A stretch of 64,000 bases of DNA from Candidatus Thorarchaeota archaeon. Its GTDB lineage: Archaea > Asgardarchaeota > Thorarchaeia > Thorarchaeales > Thorarchaeaceae. The notes under the pieces are model-generated. The model did no database searches, was not told where the DNA came from, and worked only from the letters and a program-made list of their open reading frames with translations. The DNA lies in assembly GCA_046758445.1 (NCBI GenBank), contig JBHIAE010000010.1, forward strand, positions 4,052-68,051, in the 5' to 3' direction. A program made the translations under genes and the position numbers. Below are positions 18,480 through 25,525 of the stretch, one piece after another (positions within the stretch are counted from its first letter, which is position 1; each line of letters starts with the position of its first letter).

Positions 18480-18914
18480 ATGGTTCGTACAAAACTCACA
18501 GCTGTCAAGGGTGCCATAATCTCACGAATGGAGCCCGGAGAAGACATTCTCAATACAATTGAGACCGTGGCCGCAAATCATGGTATCAAATCAGGCCAAC
18601 TCTCACTAATAGGAGCGGTTTCAAGGGCCAAACTTGGTTATTTTGACCGAGCTTCCGGAGAGTACAAGGATTTCGTGGTCGACAGAGATCTCGAAGTTGT
18701 TTCTTGCGTGGGAAACATCTCACACACAAGAGATGGCAGACTAGTTGTTCATGCTCACATAGTGGTTGCTGACGAAAACGGCAAATGCTACGGAGGTCAC
18801 CTATTGGCCGGTTGCGAGGTTTCAGTCACCATCGAGCTAGTGATTCTTGAAATGGAATCCGAGATCTTCCGAGCGAAGGACGAGCTGACTGGCCTAAACC
18901 TCATGGACATCTAG
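18480..18914 (+). CDS. PPC (DUF296) domain protein
   Basis: 144 aa. EPGEDILNTIETVAANHGIKSGQLSLIGAVS...VVHAHIVVADENGKCYGGHL fits the PPC/DUF296 pattern. Confidence 0.7.
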   Translation: MVRTKLTAVKGAIISRMEPGEDILNTIETVAANHGIKSGQLSLIGAVSRAKLGYFDRASGEYKDFVVDRDLEVVSCVGNISHTRDGRLVVHAHIVVADENGKCYGGHLLAGCEVSVTIELVILEMESEIFRAKDELTGLNLMDI

Positions 18915-18927
18915 CCGTTGGTGCATT

Positions 18928-19365
18928 TCAGACACTTGGACTGGCCTCTCCGATAAGCTTGGCGAGATTGTCAAGTTCATCCCTTGGTGCTATTTCATCC
19001 CGGTATCCAGGGGGAAACTTGAAACCAAATGCGTCACCACTGTTTCGAGGAATTATGTGAAAATGGAGATGAGAGACCTCTTGACCAGCACCAGGACCGT
19101 TGGCTGCCACGTTCAGGACGCCTTGTGGACCAAGTACGGTATTGACCTTACGTGTGAGCTTGGCCAGACGCTTACTCAGATGAGCGAGAAGTTCGAGGTC
19201 AATGTCGAATAGGTTGACGTAGTGCTCCTTTGGAATCAGAAGACAATGGCCTTTGGTTACCGGAAAGATGTCCATGAATGCCATTGAGAGGTCGTCTTCA
19301 AAGATGACAGAAGCGGGCATCTCTCGGTTGACGATTTTGCAGAACACACAATCATTCATAGTCAC
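18928..19365 (-). CDS. HIT-family nucleotide hydrolase/transferase
   Basis: 145 aa with the histidine triad HLHFHIIP and an N-terminal CVFCKI. The likely start is the ATG at 19357-19359. Confidence 0.88.
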   Translation of the reverse strand: MTMNDCVFCKIVNREMPASVIFEDDLSMAFMDIFPVTKGHCLLIPKEHYVNLFDIDLELLAHLSKRLAKLTRKVNTVLGPQGVLNVAANGPGAGQEVSHLHFHIIPRNSGDAFGFKFPPGYRDEIAPRDELDNLAKLIGEASPSV

Positions 19366-19384
19366 AGGCGAAGCAGAATAGCGT

Positions 19385-19391
19385 GATAAAA
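19385..19391 (-). promoter_or_regulatory. Candidate TATA box (TTTTATC on minus strand) for the HIT gene
   Basis: It is centred ~29 nt upstream of the ATG at 19359, which fits a leaderless transcript. Confidence 0.35.
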
Positions 19392-19477
19392 CATTTGAAC
19401 CCTAGAGGATACCTGCGCAAGTCTCATTAGTTGTCCCTCATGCACTCTAATCATACAGGACAGTAGGTGCCCCAGCC

Positions 19478-20644
19478 TTGAGCGGAAGAAGGAAACTAGT
19501 CTTCTTTGACCAGACACAAAATGAGCGCGGCAGAATAGACACCACATATTCGGAGCTTGCCAAACTCCTAAGAAACAATGATTTCGATGTTGAACCATAC
19601 ACCGAGTTCATGATTCTTGCAAAGAACATTGAGAATGCTGATGTCATCGTCTTCGGTTGTCCGAATAGCTCGAAGCTTAGACCTGCTGAAATCGATGTCC
19701 TAAAACGATACGTGCAGAAGGGTGGAGGCCTATTATTGCTCTCTCTATCCGGAGGGGACAGAGGCCTCATGAACAACATGAGCCAAATCTCGAGAGGTTT
19801 TGGAATAAGCTTCGAGAACACCGCGTTCCGTGATGAACGTAGTAATGCGGGAATCCCCACAATGCCCATCATCACAGACCTAATATCGCATCCTGTCAAT
19901 GAAGGGATAGAGGACTTGCTTGTGCCATCAAGTTGTACATTGAAGGTCACTGCGAAGGGGACGGTTCTTGCCTCATCTTCAAACACAGGAGACCCTCCTA
20001 ACAAACCGATTGTGGCCATTGCAGAACCCAAAAAGGGGCGGATGATCTGCGTAGGAAGTTATGAGGTATTCAGAAGAGGAGGCGGAATGAAACATCCAGG
20101 AAACAAGCAGTTTGCAGTTAATACGTTCAAGTGGCTGAGTGGAGAAGTCAGTCTTGTCAAACCTAGCGAAGTGGATGACGCAAAGAAGGTAACGGCAGCC
20201 AAGGCTAGGGTTTCCAAGAGAGAAGCTGCAGAGATGGAGAAGACTATGCGGAGACTCGTAAACGCAGTCTTCGACCTACAAAAGGACATAGGAAAGGTCG
20301 CCAAACAAGTGACGAATGTGGAGAGGAATGTCGAGCTGTTGCGAGATCAGTTTCAAGATTTCGCTGAAAAGACGCAGACCCAACTGGGCGTGATGATTCC
20401 AGCGGGGCAATTCAGGACTGAGGAGGAGAATCAGGCCGCAGAGATTGAGGCTGACATTAAAGCGCTGGAGAAAGAAGTTAGGTCAGTTCGCCAGCTTAGA
20501 GATCACGTTGAAGGGAAACATTCCTCCGGGGCTATGCCCAAGGAAACTTACATGGAGCAGGCAGAGAAACTAGATGGAAGACTGAGGAGTCTTGAGAAGA
20601 GACTCAAGGGTCGGAAGAAGGAATTAGAGAAGATTCTCAGTTAG
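19478..20644 (+). CDS. GIFT / GldG / DUF4350-like (IFT52 N-terminal-like) domain protein with C-terminal coiled coil
   Basis: 388 aa with a TTG start and AGGTG 8 nt upstream. The N-terminal ~230 aa include ADVIVFGCPNSSKLRPAEIDVLKRYVQKGGGLLLLSLSGGD...ISRGFGISFENTAF...RMICVGSYEVF...NKQFAVNTFKWLSG. As I recall the families, this follows the GIFT-domain pattern shared by GldG and IFT52. The C-terminal ~150 aa are heptad-rich. Confidence 0.6.
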   Translation: MSGRRKLVFFDQTQNERGRIDTTYSELAKLLRNNDFDVEPYTEFMILAKNIENADVIVFGCPNSSKLRPAEIDVLKRYVQKGGGLLLLSLSGGDRGLMNNMSQISRGFGISFENTAFRDERSNAGIPTMPIITDLISHPVNEGIEDLLVPSSCTLKVTAKGTVLASSSNTGDPPNKPIVAIAEPKKGRMICVGSYEVFRRGGGMKHPGNKQFAVNTFKWLSGEVSLVKPSEVDDAKKVTAAKARVSKREAAEMEKTMRRLVNAVFDLQKDIGKVAKQVTNVERNVELLRDQFQDFAEKTQTQLGVMIPAGQFRTEEENQAAEIEADIKALEKEVRSVRQLRDHVEGKHSSGAMPKETYMEQAEKLDGRLRSLEKRLKGRKKELEKILS

Positions 20645-20651
20645 TCGGCTC

Positions 20652-22142
20652 CTACTCTCGATTCCTAGCTGCGGCCCGATTCCGGATTTGTGTGTCGAGT
20701 CTTCTGATTGGGGAAGTGACCCTTTGATATACTTCTGAGAAGGGCTTATGAAGGACGTAACCGAGAATGATTAGAAAGAGGAACAGCAGGTAGAAGTTGC
20801 GATCAGGCACCAACACAAGGAAACTGATCAATAGTGGGACGGCAATCATAGGCAGGGAAATCCTTGCGGAATATGGCTCCCGCCGGCAAATTGCGGATGT
20901 TGACATGATGCTAAAGAATGGAACAAGCGCAACCATGTAGTACTTGTAGATGCCCCGAGGCGAGAAGAAATGTGCCCAGAACAGCAGGACTAGGGTCAGG
21001 AAGAGCATTCTTCTCCAGTAGCCCTCAAGGTTGCGATCATCCTTCACCTCAAGAAGCATCATAGCTAAGAGCGGCAGTATACCCAAAGTCAATGCGACCG
21101 AATAGTAGGTGATTAGATTCACTGCTTGGATAAGCCATTCGGGAGCACCAAGGATAATCAGTACAACTGCGGGCGTTATTGGGTTGTTTATGGGAGGCGG
21201 AGTTGTGAGGTCTCTTAGCAAGGTAGCACCAACGCGCTGAAAGATATAGAAGAAGTAGTTGGAGAAATCAATGAGGTATGGCATAGAGAGAGCGCCTGCA
21301 AAGAGCAATACAATGATGGCAATCTTGGCGAATCCTTTGAGGTCGAAATCATCACTTGTAGGTTTCTTTGTAGTCGACTCTGTGTCCTCTGAATCATCAC
21401 CCATTTCTAGTGGTCCTGGAGGTTTCTTTAGTAGCACTGCAACGAGTGGCAAAGCCAGAAAGAATGCCGTTTGTTTGAAGAATGCAGCTGTGGTCAACGC
21501 GAGAGCTCCAGAAACGCGTCTGTTCTTAATGACGAGGTAGAATGAGAGTACCGCAAAGAAGACAAAAGGTGCGGGATTCAGCCATTCGAAAGCAGTATGG
21601 TAAAGGACTATGGGGTTTAGCAGATACATAGCGGCTGATACTGCTCCCACATCTCGGTTCTGTGAGAGGTATGTCGCAATCCCGTAGACAGGGAACGACG
21701 TGAGAAATCCAAACCCTGAGATCAGCAGGCCGATACCGATGTCTGGGTGGATTATCTCACCAAGAGCGCACATGTAGACGTACAGCGGCGGAAAGAAGTA
21801 GATAACATTGTACTCTGTGCTACCTCGAAACAGCCGATTGAAATCATCTGTATAGGGCATGCGACCGCTCAGAAACTGATCTGCCCAGCTATGGTAGAAG
21901 TAGTCATGGTCTGCCCAGCCCTCAAAATGCACTGCAAGTGTATAGCCGAAGATGTCGATGCTACCCTCGCCATTCCAGACAGCTCTTGGCCAGTTCGGGT
22001 TTGCGACAAACTCAGTAGCGGCTCGGATGAACATCATCGTCCATACAAATGAGGCTGTGACAATAACAATCAGAAAGAGCCAGTGTCTACGTATTAGGAC
22101 CAATAAGCGGTCCGATGTTCCACTTGATTGTTTGCTCATCAA
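20652..22142 (-). CDS. GT-C fold integral-membrane glycosyltransferase (PIG-M/PimE/DUF2029-like), paralog 1
   Basis: 496 aa with more than 10 TM helices. The first-loop motif is GWADHDYFYHSWADQFLSGRMPYTD. It shares FKQTAFFLALPLV and SPRGIYKYYMVALVPFFSI with 23768..25441. The probable start is the ATG at 22137-22139. Confidence 0.7.
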   Translation of the reverse strand: MMSKQSSGTSDRLLVLIRRHWLFLIVIVTASFVWTMMFIRAATEFVANPNWPRAVWNGEGSIDIFGYTLAVHFEGWADHDYFYHSWADQFLSGRMPYTDDFNRLFRGSTEYNVIYFFPPLYVYMCALGEIIHPDIGIGLLISGFGFLTSFPVYGIATYLSQNRDVGAVSAAMYLLNPIVLYHTAFEWLNPAPFVFFAVLSFYLVIKNRRVSGALALTTAAFFKQTAFFLALPLVAVLLKKPPGPLEMGDDSEDTESTTKKPTSDDFDLKGFAKIAIIVLLFAGALSMPYLIDFSNYFFYIFQRVGATLLRDLTTPPPINNPITPAVVLIILGAPEWLIQAVNLITYYSVALTLGILPLLAMMLLEVKDDRNLEGYWRRMLFLTLVLLFWAHFFSPRGIYKYYMVALVPFFSIMSTSAICRREPYSARISLPMIAVPLLISFLVLVPDRNFYLLFLFLIILGYVLHKPFSEVYQRVTSPIRRLDTQIRNRAAARNRE

Positions 22143-22236
22143 TCTAGCTCCTCGTCAGGGTGTAGCCATCGACATCTTGATTCTCGGAGTGAGTGTTCAG
22201 ACTACCATTGGGGTATGCATATGAATGCATTCTCTC
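22097..22236 (-). repeat. Copy A of a 140-bp diverged direct repeat (GT-C gene junction)
   Basis: It aligns without gaps to 23721..23860 at an offset of 1624 nt. My hand count gives about 25 mismatches in 140 positions. It spans the first 14 codons of GT-C paralog 1, the junction CAT-CAAT-CTA, and a remnant C-terminal coding end. Confidence 0.85.
22144..22236 (-). pseudogene. Remnant 3' end of a lost GT-C paralog
   Basis: The minus-strand translation ERMHSYAYPNGSLNTHSENQDVDGYTLTRS* matches the C-terminus of 23768..25441 (ERMHSYAYPDESLNTQSKEQDVEGDTATRG*). No matching upstream coding sequence remains. Confidence 0.7.
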
Positions 22237-22342
22237 TTCGCCTCTGACATTGCCTTCCAATGAACACCGAAATCATCATGTGTTGTAGCGTCAGGGAGTA
22301 ACTGGACTCAAAAAGGTCCCGTCGGAGAGTCACTCGAGTGAG

Positions 22343-23683
22343 GTGACTGCAATCCCAAAGAAAAAGGACATAGATAGCCTCCTTGGAAACGCTAGGAGCA
22401 TGTTGGCACAGGGAAGACTCGGTGACGCTCATGATCATGCAAAACGTGCCCTCAGCATTGCGACTGATATACTGCAGATCGCGGAAATACAGATGTTGTT
22501 GGGAGAGGTCTTCCGAAGTAGGGAAGAATGGAGTACGGCTGTGGCCCATTTCAGAAAGGCCACAGAGATTGACACTGAGAACAAAGAGGCATGGCTCGGT
22601 CTTGCAGAGTCCTTGGAGAGTTCCGGGAAGGGAGATGATTGGAAGACTGCAGCCGAGAAGACAGTCCAACTGGGAGGAGGCGATTCAAGCCTCCGTTCTA
22701 AACTAGCTGATTACATTGCAGTCGACGAGGGGACCGACCGGGCCAAGGTCCAAATCGCCCTCAACCAGAACGAGGAAGCGGAGAAGACTCTCAAGGAGCT
22801 GATTCCCTTGCTTCCTAGTGATCCGAAAGGCAACGATGAATTGCGATGGACAACCGTTCTCCTTCAGCTGGGCCAAGTTAAGAGAAGATTGGGCAAGTAT
22901 GAGGAGTTGGAAGCTTGTTCTAAGAAACTCCTGAGCTTCAAGAAAGTCCATGATGTACTTCTATTTCGAGGCATTATGAACATCAAAGTTGACCTCGCTG
23001 TGGCTCTCAAGGGACAGAACAAGATGGAGGAGCTAGATACTCTCGTGAAAGAGGTCCTAGCCGTTACACCAGATGATTCAGAAACGCTGTTTCAGAAGGG
23101 TCTTCTTCTCGGCTCAATAGAGCATCATTATGAGGCGGTCAAATACCTTCGTCAAAGTCTGAAGATGGACCGATTTGATGCAAGAGCCATGCATAGGCTC
23201 AAGTTTGAACTCGAAACAATTGGCGATGCAAGAACGCAGTTCTGGTGTCCACACTGCCAGGAGAAATACACTATCCCAGTCTATCCAACAGACCCAGCTG
23301 GAATCCCGACCATGGTGTTCTATATCAAGACAGAGGACGTAATCCCAGACAGTGTTAGACATGTATCGTGCCGGTCATGTGGCAGAATGACTGCTCTCAT
23401 ACTCTGGGTGTGTAGAAACTGCCTAGAGGGTTATGCTGGGTCACTCCAAGTTAGAGTCGATCCAGCCTCTCCAATAGTCCGAGGACAAGGGCGCGAAACA
23501 TACTATCATCGCGTGGGTAGGGCCTGTGACTCGTGCGAAGAGAATGAACCACGTGTGCACATCAGAAATAAGGATCCTAGAGAGAAACGTTTCTTCGAAG
23601 GTATGTTGACACTTAGGCCAGACCTGGTCGAACAGATTCGCGTCTTTGACCAAGTAGAGAGTGAAATGAATCAATTCGAATAA
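22343..23683 (+). CDS. TPR-repeat protein with C-terminal multi-CxxC zinc-ribbon region
   Basis: 446 aa (track start GTG; an alternative ATG is at 22400). It has TPR-like helices (AWLGLAESLESSGKGDDWKTAAEKTV) and the motifs CPHC, CRSCG, CRNC and CDSC in the last 130 aa. Confidence 0.6.
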   Translation: MTAIPKKKDIDSLLGNARSMLAQGRLGDAHDHAKRALSIATDILQIAEIQMLLGEVFRSREEWSTAVAHFRKATEIDTENKEAWLGLAESLESSGKGDDWKTAAEKTVQLGGGDSSLRSKLADYIAVDEGTDRAKVQIALNQNEEAEKTLKELIPLLPSDPKGNDELRWTTVLLQLGQVKRRLGKYEELEACSKKLLSFKKVHDVLLFRGIMNIKVDLAVALKGQNKMEELDTLVKEVLAVTPDDSETLFQKGLLLGSIEHHYEAVKYLRQSLKMDRFDARAMHRLKFELETIGDARTQFWCPHCQEKYTIPVYPTDPAGIPTMVFYIKTEDVIPDSVRHVSCRSCGRMTALILWVCRNCLEGYAGSLQVRVDPASPIVRGQGRETYYHRVGRACDSCEENEPRVHIRNKDPREKRFFEGMLTLRPDLVEQIRVFDQVESEMNQFE

Positions 23684-23720
23684 TCCGCTACCCTTCCAAC
23701 GGCAGCATCCGTTCGCATCA

Positions 23721-23763
23721 GGACCAGTAAGCGGTCTGTTCTTCCACTTGATTGGCTGCTCAT
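23721..23763 (-). pseudogene. Remnant 5' end of a lost GT-C paralog
   Basis: The minus-strand translation MSSQSSGRTDRLLV matches the N-terminus of 20652..22142 (MSKQSSGTSDRLLV). The reading then diverges and runs into the 3' end of the opposite-strand TPR gene. Confidence 0.65.
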
Positions 23764-23860
23764 CAATCTAGCCCCTTGTTGCAGTATCGCCTTCGACATC
23801 TTGTTCTTTGGACTGAGTGTTTAGACTCTCATCGGGGTACGCATATGAATGCATTCTCTC
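23721..23860 (-). repeat. Copy B of the 140-bp diverged direct repeat (GT-C gene junction)
   Basis: See copy A. It spans the last 30 codons of GT-C paralog 2, the same CAT-CAAT-CTA junction, and a remnant N-terminal coding start. Confidence 0.85.
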
Positions 23861-25441
23861 CCTGAACTTGGAAATCCGAATCGAGAACGGATTAAGAGCG
23901 GAGCTGATGCGCCTGTTTACCTTTCTGAATGGAGTCTTAGCATAGTACCAGGTCTCACCAAGCTTCTTTGATGCGATGTAGCCGCCAAAAATGACGATGA
24001 CATACACGAGGTAGATGTTCCTGTGCGGAATCAGAATCATTGCACTCAGAAGAAACGGCACCCAAATCATGGAGAATGAGAAAGGAACTCTCTGTTCCAT
24101 GCTTGTCGCGATGGTTGAGGACGAGAAGATTGAGAAGAACGGGGCAAACAAGGTGAAGTAGTACTTGTACACGCCTCTAGGTCCTGCAATGTTCACCCAG
24201 AGCATCATCAGAAGAGTGAGGAAGAGCAGGCGACGAAGGTATACTTTGGATTGACCCTCGAGTTTCGGCTCCACCAGCATCAGAGCGGCGAATACAATGA
24301 CGCCGAAATACAAGAGCCCACCAGAGTACACGATGAAATTCATGATCCTAGCAAGCTCCGGAAGTCCTGCAATCACGGGAAGAACCTGTAGTCGCATGGG
24401 ACTTCCATATCCAGGCGGTTCGGTGAAGGATTCTAGCCTGAAGCCTCCTGCCGCTAAACGCATGTAGGACCAGAAGTTGGGTTGAGCCACCACGAACGGG
24501 AACATAACGGCGGCAACGAAGACTAGGACAACAAGTACACTGACGATGAACTTGCGGAGATCTAGGTATTCTGTCATGAGATTTGTGAGATTCTGGAGGC
24601 GTCCAAGTTTGCCCTCTTGGTCAGACACTTTGACAGACTCCTGATCTGAATCTACCTCCGTGCTGACATCTTGGGATGTGTCCTCGGCACTAGTAGTAGG
24701 TTCTGGTGTACGTGATTTCATTAGAAGGTACACAACGAGAGGAATTCCAAGGAACCAAGCGGTCTGCTTGAACAACGCTGCAGTGACTATTAGCAAGGTG
24801 CCTGTGTGGCGTTTCCCCCGAACAAGCATATAGTAGCCCGAAAAGAAGAAGAATATCATCGGGGAGGGGTTTAGCCAGAGATAGTCGATGTGGAAGAGTA
24901 CATTTGGTGCAAGTAGATAGGTAAAGGCAGCGACCTCGCCCACGTGTCTATTGCCTGAGAACTCCTTTCCTAGACCGTATACAGGGAGCGCGGTCAGGAA
25001 CCCTAGTGCTGCTATGAGGAATCCGATACCCCAGTTGTCTGGTAGGATCCATGTGCCCAGTCCGTAGAAGACAGCTGTCAGCGGGGGAAAGATATAGAGA
25101 CCATTGTTGTTCTCGTATCCGTCAAGGACTATGTGTCCAAACTCGTCGCTGTAGGGCATCAATCCACTGAGCATGTTGTTGCCCCAATGAACGTAGAAGT
25201 ACGGGTAATCAGTATAGCCCTCAAACTGATAGTTGATTGTGTAGCCGAATATCTCAAAGTGGCCTGGGTCATTTCCCAGCCAGACGTCCCAATTTATCCA
25301 CAGGTCTTCGCTGAGATATCCCTCCAAAGAGAGATTGAAGATTGGAACCCATATGGCCAGACCTACAGCGAGTATCACCAGAAGTATTCCATACTCGATT
25401 ATGAAGCGTGCGACACGTTTCTTAATCTGTTCCAAGTCCAT
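23768..25441 (-). CDS. GT-C fold integral-membrane glycosyltransferase (PIG-M/PimE/DUF2029-like), paralog 2
   Basis: 557 aa and polytopic, with the loop motif GYTDYPYFYVHWGNNMLSGLMPYSDEF. It shares FKQTAWFLGIPLV and GPRGVYKYYFTLFAPFFSI with paralog 1. Confidence 0.7.
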   Translation of the reverse strand: MDLEQIKKRVARFIIEYGILLVILAVGLAIWVPIFNLSLEGYLSEDLWINWDVWLGNDPGHFEIFGYTINYQFEGYTDYPYFYVHWGNNMLSGLMPYSDEFGHIVLDGYENNNGLYIFPPLTAVFYGLGTWILPDNWGIGFLIAALGFLTALPVYGLGKEFSGNRHVGEVAAFTYLLAPNVLFHIDYLWLNPSPMIFFFFSGYYMLVRGKRHTGTLLIVTAALFKQTAWFLGIPLVVYLLMKSRTPEPTTSAEDTSQDVSTEVDSDQESVKVSDQEGKLGRLQNLTNLMTEYLDLRKFIVSVLVVLVFVAAVMFPFVVAQPNFWSYMRLAAGGFRLESFTEPPGYGSPMRLQVLPVIAGLPELARIMNFIVYSGGLLYFGVIVFAALMLVEPKLEGQSKVYLRRLLFLTLLMMLWVNIAGPRGVYKYYFTLFAPFFSIFSSSTIATSMEQRVPFSFSMIWVPFLLSAMILIPHRNIYLVYVIVIFGGYIASKKLGETWYYAKTPFRKVNRRISSALNPFSIRISKFRERMHSYAYPDESLNTQSKEQDVEGDTATRG

Positions 25442-25466
25442 GACGAGTGGCTTTCAGAAACACTCC

Positions 25467-25474
25467 CTAATATT
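25467..25474 (-). promoter_or_regulatory. Candidate TATA box (AAATATTA on minus strand) for GT-C paralog 2
   Basis: It is centred ~30 nt upstream of the ATG at 25439-25441 with no SD motif, which fits a leaderless transcript. Confidence 0.35.
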
Positions 25475-25525
25475 TCTCCTCATCGGAATCCAAGGGCCTA
25501 ATGGTGGCTGTTTGAGAGCATGGGT

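Noticed and set aside
22202-22669. 155-aa minus-strand ORF overlapping the 5' end of the TPR gene
   Set aside because: It has no motifs and an odd composition. Only its extreme 3' part overlaps the GT-C C-terminal remnant, and in a different frame. The + strand TPR ORF is far longer and protein-like.
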